Assembly: GCA_018065065.1 (NCBI GenBank)
Contig: JAGHTZ010000023.1
Span: 2,552 to 66,551 of the forward strand
DNA: 64,000 bases
Origin: Candidatus Equadaptatus faecalis
Lineage (GTDB): Bacteria; Synergistota; Synergistia; Synergistales; Synergistaceae
Reading direction: 5' to 3'
Made by a program: the position numbers and the translations under genes. The notes beneath the pieces were generated by a model that worked only from the letters and a program-made list of their open reading frames with translations, searched no databases and was not told the origin of the DNA. Positions 1 through 8,708 of the stretch are shown here, one piece after another. How positions within the stretch are numbered: the stretch's first letter is position 1; each line of letters begins with the position of its first letter.

Positions 1-1
1 C

Positions 2-466
2 TTTAAGAGACAGATAGCCGAAGGGGGACCTGTTACCGTAACGGACAAGAACATCATCCGCTACTTCATGACCATACCGGAAGCAGTGTCACTCATACTT
101 CAGGCTTCGCACTACGCCGAAGGCGGGGAAATATTTGTCCTTGACATGGGAAAACCGGTGCGCATCGACGACATGGCGCGTGACCTCATAAAGCTCTCCG
201 GCTACACGCCCGACAAAGACATAAAAATCGTCTACACAGGGCTCCGCCCGGGCGAAAAACTCTTCGAAGAACTTCTCATGAGCGAAGAAGGAATGCGCAA
301 AACGCGCAACAACCTCATCTACGTCGGCAAACCGATACAATTTGACGAAGCAAAACTCGAAGCGCAGATTGCCGAACTTGATGCCGCAAGCGCCAACGAA
401 AGCGAAAGAATAAAACAGGCAGTCGCGGAAGTAGTTGATACGTATAAAATCAGCAATAAGCAGTAA
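2..466 (+). CDS. CapD/PglF/WbpM-family NDP-sugar 4,6-dehydratase, C-terminal part (5-prime end outside the window)
   Basis: The frame is open from base 2. The translation FKRQIAEGGPVTVTDKNIIRYFMTIPEAVSLILQA...GGEIFVLDMGKPVRIDDMARDLIKLSG matches the conserved C-terminal region of CapD-type polysaccharide biosynthesis proteins. Confidence 0.8.
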   Translation, partial: FKRQIAEGGPVTVTDKNIIRYFMTIPEAVSLILQASHYAEGGEIFVLDMGKPVRIDDMARDLIKLSGYTPDKDIKIVYTGLRPGEKLFEELLMSEEGMRKTRNNLIYVGKPIQFDEAKLEAQIAELDAASANESERIKQAVAEVVDTYKISNKQ

Positions 467-505
467 GCTATAAGCTGCAAGCGAAAAGCAAAGTGCAAAG
501 TACAA
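451..505 (+). repeat. Heptanucleotide NNNAAGC tandem repeat, site A
   Basis: AATAAGC AGTAAGC TATAAGC TGCAAGC GAAAAGC AAAGTGC AAAGTAC overlaps the stop codon of the CapD-like gene. The same family occurs at 32598-32792, 42711-42822 and 58146-58198. Confidence 0.7.
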
Positions 506-550
506 TTATTATTCATTCTGCATTATGCATTGATTTAAATTGAAGAGGGA

Positions 551-1798
551 ATGAAAATGTTTAAGGGAACGAAAATTCAGCCGTTTGAAAAGAAAGTATG
601 GCTCTCAAGCCCCACAATGCACGGGGAAGAGATTAAATACGTAACGGAAGCGTACGAAACAAACTGGATGTCAACGGTCGGCGAAAACATCAACGAGGTC
701 GAGCGCCTTGCCTGCGAATACACAGGCGCAAAATACGCCGTAGGGCTTTCTGCGGGAACGGCAAGCCTTCACCTCTCAATGAGGCTTGCAGGGGAAAAAG
801 CGTACGGCAAGCCTGCTGCCGGACACGGCGCGCTTGAAGGAAAACGCGTATTCTGCTCCGACATGACCTTTGCCGCAACGGTCAACCCCGTTGCTTACGA
901 AGGCGGAATACCCGTGTTCATAGACACAGAGCGCGACTCATGGAACATGGATCCTCAGGCGCTTGAACGCGCGTTTGAAATATATCCGGAAGTAAAAATA
1001 GTTGTCATTGCGCATTTATACGGCACGCCGGGCAAAATAGGCGAACTGAAAAAAATAATCGATGCTCACGGCGCGATACTCGTTGAAGACGCTGCTGAAT
1101 CTCTTGGTGCCACGTACAAAGGAAAACAGACCGGAACCTTCGGCGAATACAACACCATATCGTTCAACGGCAACAAAATCATAACAGGTTCTTCCGGCGG
1201 CTGCTTCCTGACGAACGACAAAGAAGCGGTGGACAAAGTCCGCAAATGGTCAACACAGGCGAGAGAAAACGCTCCGTGGTATCAGCACGAGGAGCTCGGC
1301 TGCAATTACAGAATGAGCAACGTTATAGCCGGAGTTGTGCGCGGACAATTCCCGCACCTTAACGAACACATAGCGCAGAAAAAGGCGATATACGAACGCT
1401 ACAAGGAAGGGCTGAAAAATCTCCCTGTTGAAATGAACCCGGTACCTGAAAACTGTGTGCCGAACTACTGGCTTTCATGTCTGCTCATAAAGCCGGAAGC
1501 AATGTGCAGACAGACACGCGGGGAAACGGACGTATGCTTCGTGCCTGAAAGCGGAAAAAGCTGCCCGCATGAAATACTTGACGCAATCAGCGGCATAAAC
1601 GCCGAAGGGCGTCCGATATGGAAACCCATGCACATGCAGCCTGTGTACAAAACACATCCGTTTGTCATGCGCAGCGGAGCAGCGGAAAGCGCAGGGGAAG
1701 ACATATTCAGCCGCGGACTCTGCATGCCAAGCGACAACAAAATGACGGAAGAACAGCAGGAAAAAATCATTGAAGTAATCAAAAAATGTTTTGATTGA
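551..1798 (+). CDS. DegT/DnrJ/EryC1/StrS-family PLP-dependent sugar aminotransferase (PglE/WbpE-like)
   Basis: 415-aa ORF with typical DegT features: LSAGTASLHLSM, VEDAAESLGA and SFNGNKIITGSSGG (PLP lysine region). ATG 557 has better RBS spacing than ATG 551. Confidence 0.85.
   Translation: MKMFKGTKIQPFEKKVWLSSPTMHGEEIKYVTEAYETNWMSTVGENINEVERLACEYTGAKYAVGLSAGTASLHLSMRLAGEKAYGKPAAGHGALEGKRVFCSDMTFAATVNPVAYEGGIPVFIDTERDSWNMDPQALERAFEIYPEVKIVVIAHLYGTPGKIGELKKIIDAHGAILVEDAAESLGATYKGKQTGTFGEYNTISFNGNKIITGSSGGCFLTNDKEAVDKVRKWSTQARENAPWYQHEELGCNYRMSNVIAGVVRGQFPHLNEHIAQKKAIYERYKEGLKNLPVEMNPVPENCVPNYWLSCLLIKPEAMCRQTRGETDVCFVPESGKSCPHEILDAISGINAEGRPIWKPMHMQPVYKTHPFVMRSGAAESAGEDIFSRGLCMPSDNKMTEEQQEKIIEVIKKCFD
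1745..1798. repeat. Left copy of a 54-bp imperfect direct repeat (functional 3-prime end of the aminotransferase gene)
   Basis: ACGGAAGAACAGCAGGAAAAAATCATTGAAGTAATCAAAAAATGTTTTGATTGA is compared with 8720-8773. 31 of the first 32 nt are identical and overall identity is about 81 percent. Both copies encode TEEQQ.KIIE.IK.CF. followed by a stop. Confidence 0.8.
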
Positions 1799-1852
1799 CA
1801 AATTGAATGATAGCAGGTGTGTAATATTATACTGCATGAACGCGATAAAACT

Positions 1853-1861
1853 TGTTATAAT
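1853..1861 (+). promoter_or_regulatory. Putative extended -10 promoter element (TGTTATAAT) for the first island operon
   Basis: A TGnTATAAT match lies 45 bp upstream of the ATPase start codon. The -35 element is weak. Confidence 0.35.
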
Positions 1862-1905
1862 AGTCTCGTGTTACAGATGATTCTTATCGACAGGAGTGAG
1901 ACTGT

Positions 1906-2931
1906 ATGTTTAAGAGCGTAAGCGTGAAAAATTTTGGAGCGTTAAAAGAGGTATCTTGGAGAAGATTAAGCAGCATAAATCTTGTTTTGGGAGAAAACGG
2001 TACAGGCAAGAGTTTTTTGCTGAAAGCTATGTATGTTGCTTTACGCACGTGTGAGGCATATAAACGCGGCAATGACAAAAGAGATTTTGGCGACATACTG
2101 TCAGATAAGTTGTATTGGACATTTCAGGCAGAGAAGATTGGGGATATAGCAACAAAGAGTAAAGATAAAAAAGACAGCCTGAATTTTTGCGCAGCGATAG
2201 ACGAAAGTACAAAGTTATCATATTCTTTTGGCCGTGATACAGAAAAACAAATTAAAAACATTTCGGGCATTCCGTCTGTAAATAGATCTGCAGAATCGAT
2301 TTTTCTCCCTGCAAAAGAAGTTGTTTCTTTACAAAAAGTCATAATAAAATCACGGGAACAGGACAGACTGTTCGGTTTTGACAACACCTATTATGATTTA
2401 GCCCGTGCTTTGAATAATCCGACGATGCGCGGGCGCTCGTCTGACAGAGTAGCAGATGCCAGGAGCCACCTTGAGGATATGCTTGGCGGCAGACTTGAAA
2501 AAGATGAGGATACACAGAGTTGGTATTTTAAGGATCAAAACGCCAAAAAGTTTTTAATCGGTGTTGTTGCCGAAGGAGTAAAAAAAGTTTCGATTTTAGA
2601 TATATTGCTTGGTAACAGATATTTATCTCCTGAATCTGTCGTTTTTATAGACGAGCCAGAGTCAGCGTTGCACCCTGCGGCGATTTCAAAGTTTATGGAT
2701 ATAATTTACGAGTTGTCGCTCACCGGCATGCAGTTTATTATGGCAACACATTCCTATTTTGTCCTTAAAAAACTTTATCTGCTGGCGACAGAACATCAGT
2801 GCAGTATTCCGGTTCTTTCTTTAGGCAGAGAAAGACATGATACGTATGATTTGAAAGACAGTTTGCCGGATAATCCAATTGTAGCTGAGTCAATCAAATT
2901 GTACGAACAAGAGGTCGACCTTGTGCTATGA
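1906..2931 (+). CDS. ABC-type (AAA15/AAA21-like) ATPase, candidate defence component
   Basis: Walker A is GENGTGKS, Walker B/D-loop is VVFIDEPESALHP and the H-loop is MATHS. An AGGAG-like RBS precedes the ATG. The region is AT-rich. Confidence 0.75.
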   Translation: MFKSVSVKNFGALKEVSWRRLSSINLVLGENGTGKSFLLKAMYVALRTCEAYKRGNDKRDFGDILSDKLYWTFQAEKIGDIATKSKDKKDSLNFCAAIDESTKLSYSFGRDTEKQIKNISGIPSVNRSAESIFLPAKEVVSLQKVIIKSREQDRLFGFDNTYYDLARALNNPTMRGRSSDRVADARSHLEDMLGGRLEKDEDTQSWYFKDQNAKKFLIGVVAEGVKKVSILDILLGNRYLSPESVVFIDEPESALHPAAISKFMDIIYELSLTGMQFIMATHSYFVLKKLYLLATEHQCSIPVLSLGRERHDTYDLKDSLPDNPIVAESIKLYEQEVDLVL

Positions 2932-3431
2932 GAGGTGTGCGTACAATAGAAGAATCGGGAATGCATTTTATATGCCCTGAAAATGGTAGTTTCGAAATTG
3001 AAAAATATACACAAACGTCAAAAGTTCACCACGTGCGCTCGGTAGAATTTTTGTTGAAGCGCAATGGCGCAGTGTTGTTTATTGAAGCCAAAAGCAGTAT
3101 TCCCGGAACAGACGGAGAAGGGTTTCAGGAATATATTGCTGCAGTGACAGAAAAATTTATACATTCCCTTGGAATGTACGTTGCTGTATTGTTGAAGAGA
3201 AGAAAAGTTACAGGAGAATGGGAATTACCGGATAGTTTAAAGCAAGTTGATTTAAGCACTGTTCAGTGCAAATTTGTCCTTGTTGTGAATGGCGCCAGTC
3301 CTAATATATTGTTAAATGTTGAAGATGCTCTTCGGACATCAATGTATCCTGTACAGCAAATTGCAAAGTTTGAAAGCCATCCGATAGCAATAGATGACGT
3401 GAAAGCAAGGCAGAAAGGTTTGATTGTATAA
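2928..3431 (+). CDS. Small hypothetical protein with a PD-(D/E)xK-like motif (possible minimal nuclease)
   Basis: Its start overlaps the ATPase stop (ATGA). The segment VEFLLKRNGAVLFIEAKSS has the acidic residue plus ExK spacing typical of restriction-endonuclease-fold and DUF4263-like cores. The call rests on this motif only. Confidence 0.45.
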   Translation: MRGVRTIEESGMHFICPENGSFEIEKYTQTSKVHHVRSVEFLLKRNGAVLFIEAKSSIPGTDGEGFQEYIAAVTEKFIHSLGMYVAVLLKRRKVTGEWELPDSLKQVDLSTVQCKFVLVVNGASPNILLNVEDALRTSMYPVQQIAKFESHPIAIDDVKARQKGLIV

Positions 3432-3491
3432 TATAAGCGAGTGTCTGCATATACAGATACAAAAATATGACGATGAGAAGTGAAATGAAGA

Positions 3492-4874
3492 ATGTCTATA
3501 AATGAATTAAAACCAACCACGGAGAATATCGCGGAGTGCTTTGTAAAAGATATAGTTAGAAGACAGGAAGCAGTCCTTGGTTTTGTTGATGTGTTGGATG
3601 CTACGTCAAAGCACTCAATTGCAGTAGACGGACGATGGGGAAGCGGCAAAACCTTCTTTGTTAAGCAGACGAAATTGTTGCTTGACATTTGCAACAAACA
3701 GGTAAGCAAAGTTGAGTTGTCGGAAAATATCTTGTTTGACCTTAATGGAGTAATATATAAGCATTGCCACCCCAATCCAGGTATAGTTGACGCAGAATGG
3801 AAGCCAATGTTTTCAGTATATTACGACGCTTGGACAAATGATAACGATATAGATCCTCTGATATCAATAATTTATTGCATAGCAAAAGGCATCAATGAAG
3901 AAAACTGTCTGAAAACAACTCAGGTTAATTATCTCAGATCTGCTGCCGATATAATTAAATGCGTTCAAGGGTGGAGTGTCGGTGAACTGCTCAATGTTTT
4001 TAATACAGAAGACCCCTTGTCTGCAATAAAAAGTCAAAAAAGTTTAGAGGAACGAATTAATGAATTTTTGGGAATAATTACAAATGAACGGGGCGAGAAG
4101 ATAGTTATATTTATAGATGAACTGGACAGATGTAAACCAAGTTTTGCCGTGAAACTGCTTGAAAGAGTGAAACACTATTTTGATAATGAAAGAGTAATTT
4201 TTGTTTTTTCCACAAATCTTGAGCAACTTCAGCATACAGTCAAAAAATTCTACGGCATTGATTTTGATGCAACTCGCTATTTAAACAGATTTTTTGATTA
4301 TGTTTTTGAATTGCCGGAAGCAGATATGGAAAACTATCTTTATACACTGCAAAGAGAAGTAAAGTATGATTATGATTTTATCGGCAGTGAGATAATGAAG
4401 ATGTATAATTTGACATTGAGAGATGTTGCTCAATATTACAGAATGTTAAAATTTGCTTTTGATCCTGCTCAATTAAAAACGGGATTAAAACCGTGGGCAG
4501 AAAAGAAAACTGTGCGTATGGCTGTTTCGGTCTTTTTGCCGATATTGTTTGTTCTGCGTATGACGGATAATAGTGCATATAATGACTTTATAAACGGCAA
4601 ATCTGCGGAGTATTTTGAAAAGCTTATCTGCTCTAAAAAACTTAAATCACGTGCGCGTACAATATTTTGTGCAGGCAGTATGGGAAATGACAGCGATGAG
4701 GATTTAAAAAATATTGTTCGTGATGTGTATTCGGCAGTGTTTATTGAGAGATATGAAGATATAAAAGAACAGTATCTGACTAACTCTTTTGTGTTTACGC
4801 AAAATACAAAAGAATGTATATTTGATATTATCTCAGGACTGTCTCTTGATAAGAATATTGCGTTATTGGAATAG
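3492..4874 (+). CDS. KAP-family P-loop NTPase
   Basis: It has the diagnostic DGRWGSGKTFF Walker A and the IVIFIDELDRC Walker B. A hydrophobic segment, VSVFLPILFVL, lies in the C-terminal half. Confidence 0.8.
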   Translation: MSINELKPTTENIAECFVKDIVRRQEAVLGFVDVLDATSKHSIAVDGRWGSGKTFFVKQTKLLLDICNKQVSKVELSENILFDLNGVIYKHCHPNPGIVDAEWKPMFSVYYDAWTNDNDIDPLISIIYCIAKGINEENCLKTTQVNYLRSAADIIKCVQGWSVGELLNVFNTEDPLSAIKSQKSLEERINEFLGIITNERGEKIVIFIDELDRCKPSFAVKLLERVKHYFDNERVIFVFSTNLEQLQHTVKKFYGIDFDATRYLNRFFDYVFELPEADMENYLYTLQREVKYDYDFIGSEIMKMYNLTLRDVAQYYRMLKFAFDPAQLKTGLKPWAEKKTVRMAVSVFLPILFVLRMTDNSAYNDFINGKSAEYFEKLICSKKLKSRARTIFCAGSMGNDSDEDLKNIVRDVYSAVFIERYEDIKEQYLTNSFVFTQNTKECIFDIISGLSLDKNIALLE

Positions 4875-5278
4875 AGCGTTCAAGCAAAGAGCCGCGTAGC
4901 AAACGAAATTTAATGTTATACAGGAAAAAAGAACATAAATGTTGTCGCGCGTAAGTTTTTATTTACGATACAATGGTTTTAATGCTATCATGGTATTGTG
5001 TTTGGGCATGGCTTTTTGTGTTACATGTCAGAAAAAGCGCAAATGCTCTGCCTGCTGTCAAACGACAAAATGACAGCGGAATAGTAGGAGAAGATTATTG
5101 AAAAAATCTTTAAAAAATAATAACCTTGGATAATAGATATACGGGACAATACTTTGAACTGTACGACGTAACAGATTTGTAAATGATAGAAGCTACCTAT
5201 TTGCTGAGTACGTTGTGGGATAAAAATGTTAATTGAATCTGTGGTCGTTAAAATAAGTAGGAGTGGAGGTCTGTTACT

Positions 5279-6907
5279 ATGGGAATAATAAAAGTAACTG
5301 AAATGCAGATTAATGAATTTAGAATTTTTAGAGATGTAAATATAAAGTTTGGTAAGATGATAACGGCAATTGCAGGTAGCAACGGAACTGGAAAGTCTAC
5401 GTTGCTAGCGTTGTTGGGTAACACGATGGAGTATAGACGGACTTCTTCAAAAACAACATATTTCAAACCTAAGCGTTATAGAACAGAGTTTAGTGAAATT
5501 ATCCATGGTTCCTTAACTTATGACAAACACGGTAGTAATTTGTTAAAAGTCAGTTTTGACGATGGCGACTATAGGATTTGTAGAACCACGTGGCAAACTG
5601 ATAAGGAAGCTCCTGGCGGTAAGCGTTTTAGAGTTATACCAGAAGTAAAGATTAATACTGAGACAGGGGCTAAAAAAAGCTCAAAGAAGAAAGAGATTCC
5701 TGTTGTATATTTAGGACTCTCAAGACTATATCCTATAGGAGAATCTCAAAAAGTTACGCCACATAGTATTACTTTGTCAGATATTGACCAAGAGGGTATC
5801 GAATGGATAAAGTCGAAAGCCAAAGATATACTGTACATGTTCAATAACGATAACATAAATGGGGTTACTAAAATAGACCTTGGTGATGTTGAGCATAAGA
5901 CAGGAATTGGATTTAACACGGAAAATTATGACTATATTACTAATTCAGCTGGGCAGGATAATGTTGGACAGATCCTTTCCGCTCTATGGAAGTTTAAGGC
6001 GCTACGAGATGAGCTGATGGAAGAATACCACGGCGGGGTTTTGCTGATAGATGAGATAGATGCAACATTACACCCTGCATCGCAGAAAAAATTGTTAAGT
6101 GTGTTGATAGATGCCGCAAGGCACTTTGAGATACAAGTTATTTTTACTGTGCATAGTCTTTCGGTAATAGAAGATTTGATTGAAAAATCACAACATGTCA
6201 ATGATAACATAGTGTTAAATTATCTGACAAACGCTAATGGAATGTTTGAAGTTTTCTTACAACCAACAATATCTCAGATAAAAAATGAACTTAATGCATC
6301 AATTACTCCATATGGACGTCAAATTAAATTATATACTGAGGATGCTGAAGCAAGATGGATGTTGAAAAAACTCTTATCTAAATTTGGGACGGAGTATACA
6401 AGTAGCGTTCGCATAGTTGACGATATGTGTTGCGGCAATACATTCCTCATATCGCTATATAAAGTTGATAAACCAGTATTTTCAGATGTTATTACAGTTT
6501 TGGATGGAGATAGTGTAGATGATTTGCGTAAAGCAGGGATAGATAACGATAACCCTCATTTTATGGTCTTGCCTATCGAAGGTAAGAGTCCTGAGAGTGT
6601 GTTGTTAGATTTTTTGATTGACGAACTTGAGCCCGAGTCAGATTTCTTTGCACAAAGTTGTGTAAGAGAAACTGGTTTTATAAAACAGAATCTTCGTGCT
6701 ATAAGAGATGACTTAGAAAGAGGTATTTATCCTAAGAGGGATATACTAAAAAAGTGGTTTAACAATACGAAGTCGATAATGGAAGATAGCCATCTATTCG
6801 ATTTTTGGTATGAGGCACATCAAAACGATGTTGTTAGATTCAAAGAAAAATTCACAAAATGTTTTAATATGTTGGCAAAAAATCTTAGAGTTAGAGTGAT
6901 AAAGTGA
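5279..6907 (+). CDS. OLD-like fused ABC ATPase plus putative TOPRIM/DUF4435-like domain
   Basis: Walker A is GSNGTGKST, the signature-like motif is SAGQDNV, Walker B is VLLIDEIDATLHP and the H-loop is TVHS. The C-terminal part has IKLYTEDAEARW (a conserved Glu) and ITVLDGDS (a DxD motif) as in TOPRIM. A strong RBS, AGGAGTGGAGG, precedes the start. Confidence 0.7.
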   Translation: MGIIKVTEMQINEFRIFRDVNIKFGKMITAIAGSNGTGKSTLLALLGNTMEYRRTSSKTTYFKPKRYRTEFSEIIHGSLTYDKHGSNLLKVSFDDGDYRICRTTWQTDKEAPGGKRFRVIPEVKINTETGAKKSSKKKEIPVVYLGLSRLYPIGESQKVTPHSITLSDIDQEGIEWIKSKAKDILYMFNNDNINGVTKIDLGDVEHKTGIGFNTENYDYITNSAGQDNVGQILSALWKFKALRDELMEEYHGGVLLIDEIDATLHPASQKKLLSVLIDAARHFEIQVIFTVHSLSVIEDLIEKSQHVNDNIVLNYLTNANGMFEVFLQPTISQIKNELNASITPYGRQIKLYTEDAEARWMLKKLLSKFGTEYTSSVRIVDDMCCGNTFLISLYKVDKPVFSDVITVLDGDSVDDLRKAGIDNDNPHFMVLPIEGKSPESVLLDFLIDELEPESDFFAQSCVRETGFIKQNLRAIRDDLERGIYPKRDILKKWFNNTKSIMEDSHLFDFWYEAHQNDVVRFKEKFTKCFNMLAKNLRVRVIK

Positions 6908-7812
6908 TGCACTATACGCCGCTGCGCTATCCCGGAGGAAAAGCAAAATTATACAAATTCTTCTGTGGACTAATTGAAAATAATTTTACTGATGCACCAA
7001 ACTATGCAGAGCCTTATGCTGGTGGTGCAGGTTTGGCGTTGGCGTTACTCATGACGGGAAAAGTCAAGAAGATATATATAAATGACATTGACAGAGCTAT
7101 ATATGCTTTTTGGTATACACTACTGAATGAAACGGACAGGCTTATTGATAAAATAAAGACAGTAAATGTATCTCTTGAAGAATGGGACAAGCAACACCTT
7201 ATACAGGGAAATAAAGAAACTGCAGACATTTTCGATTTAGGTTTTTCAACATTTTTCCTAAATCGTACAAACAGGTCAGGTATCATAAAGGGTGGAATGA
7301 TTGGTGGCAGAGGGCAAAATGGTGTGTGGAAATTGGACGCACGGTTTAACAAGACAAATTTAATAAGCCGTATCAAGGCTATTGCTGACTATAGGCTGTA
7401 TATTAATATCAGTAACATAGATGCGTTGCAATTTTTGCGTAATATGGGCAATACTGGCACAATGAACACGTTATACTATTTAGACCCGCCATATATAAAG
7501 AAGGCCACTGGATTATATTCACACTCTTATGGTGATGCAGACCATATAAAAGTTGCAAAAACAGTAAAAACATTAGACGCTAAGTGGATTGTTTCTTATG
7601 ATGCAGAGAATATTGTTGAGAAACTTTATTCAGGGTATCGCCAAATCACATATGACTTGGGGTATTCAGCAAGAACTGCGCGAACAGGAAGAGAATTTAT
7701 GGCATTTTCAGTGGACTTGAAGATACCCGAAGAGATACAACAGGCAAAGAAAAATATCTCTATCCCTAATATGAGCAATATAATTTTCTGCAACTTAAAT
7801 AATATGATATAA
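6904..7812 (+). CDS. Dam-family (D12 class) N6-adenine DNA methyltransferase
   Basis: Motifs present are LRYPGGKAKL, EPYAGGAGLAL (AdoMet binding) and YYLDPPY (catalytic DPPY). ATG 6907 overlaps the TGA of the upstream ATPase (TGATG). Confidence 0.85.
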   Translation: MMHYTPLRYPGGKAKLYKFFCGLIENNFTDAPNYAEPYAGGAGLALALLMTGKVKKIYINDIDRAIYAFWYTLLNETDRLIDKIKTVNVSLEEWDKQHLIQGNKETADIFDLGFSTFFLNRTNRSGIIKGGMIGGRGQNGVWKLDARFNKTNLISRIKAIADYRLYINISNIDALQFLRNMGNTGTMNTLYYLDPPYIKKATGLYSHSYGDADHIKVAKTVKTLDAKWIVSYDAENIVEKLYSGYRQITYDLGYSARTARTGREFMAFSVDLKIPEEIQQAKKNISIPNMSNIIFCNLNNMI

Positions 7813-7850
7813 AGCGGGTTGAAATTTAAATTTAGTGAAGGTATGATAAG

Positions 7851-8708
7851 ATGATACAAAAACTTGATTTGTTTGCAAAAATGTATGAAGAAGCAATTAA
7901 TAAAGGAGATGTTAACATTGCCAGAATACACGAAGAATTGTTCAGTAGAGAACTCGAACATATTTTGTTAAATTACAACCCTAATGATATAGTTGAAAGT
8001 TTTATAGATATTATAAAACCTAAAACATTTCCTACTATTTCTGTTAAAAAAAATGAGATATTTTATCGTGCACGCAGGGGGCACGATACAGTAAGTGGCG
8101 CTATTGATGATTGTGATGGGACTTTTGTAATGCCACACCATGCGCACGATATTGAAAAAGTACCGCCTATGTTAGCACCAGGTGGGCGATTTAATAGGTC
8201 TGGTACATCCTTTTTATATATAGCATCTGATGTTCATACGGCTATAGCTGAAGTGCATGCACAGGTTGGCGAAATTTGTAGCATTGGAACATTTTGCTGT
8301 AAAAAAGATATAACACTTATTAATTTATCTGATAAAGCGAAATCACCCAAAATAAACTTGTGGTGTAATGTTATATTACAACCTATATATCCAGAGAAAT
8401 TGCATATATATAAACTGACACAATTTGTTACAGATGTATTTGTCCAGTCCGGAATGAGAGGATTTTATTTTAACAGTGTACAGACAGATACTGGAAAGAA
8501 TGTGGTTTGTTTTGCTAACGATGTTTTCGAGTTAGAAAAATACAGTGAAAAACTGTATTACATAAAAAAGGTTAGTTATGCTATTGAAGAATATAAAGAT
8601 TGGACTGAAAAAATAGACGTGAAATTGCTTAATTCGTATAATAGTGAAGAAGATGAAGAAAGAGATAGAAAAATAGATTATTTAGCAACTTTGGTAAAAA
8701 ACAAATGA
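7851..8708 (+). CDS. RES-domain protein (NAD+-targeting toxin family) with an N-terminal extension of about 70 aa
   Basis: The R-E-S signature is present: FYRARRG, GGRFNRSGTSFLYIASDVHTAIAEV and GFYFNSVQTDTGKNVVCF. No Xre-type antitoxin ORF lies upstream. Confidence 0.75.
   Translation: MIQKLDLFAKMYEEAINKGDVNIARIHEELFSRELEHILLNYNPNDIVESFIDIIKPKTFPTISVKKNEIFYRARRGHDTVSGAIDDCDGTFVMPHHAHDIEKVPPMLAPGGRFNRSGTSFLYIASDVHTAIAEVHAQVGEICSIGTFCCKKDITLINLSDKAKSPKINLWCNVILQPIYPEKLHIYKLTQFVTDVFVQSGMRGFYFNSVQTDTGKNVVCFANDVFELEKYSEKLYYIKKVSYAIEEYKDWTEKIDVKLLNSYNSEEDEERDRKIDYLATLVKNK

Noticed and set aside
4939-5073. 44-codon Cys-rich small ORF (MLSRVSFYLRYNGFNAIMVLCLGMAFCVTCQKKRKCSACCQTTK) in the 400-bp gap between island modules
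   Set aside because: It has no convincing RBS and is below any reliable coding threshold. It may be chance in AT-rich DNA. I note it only in case ribosome profiling data exist.
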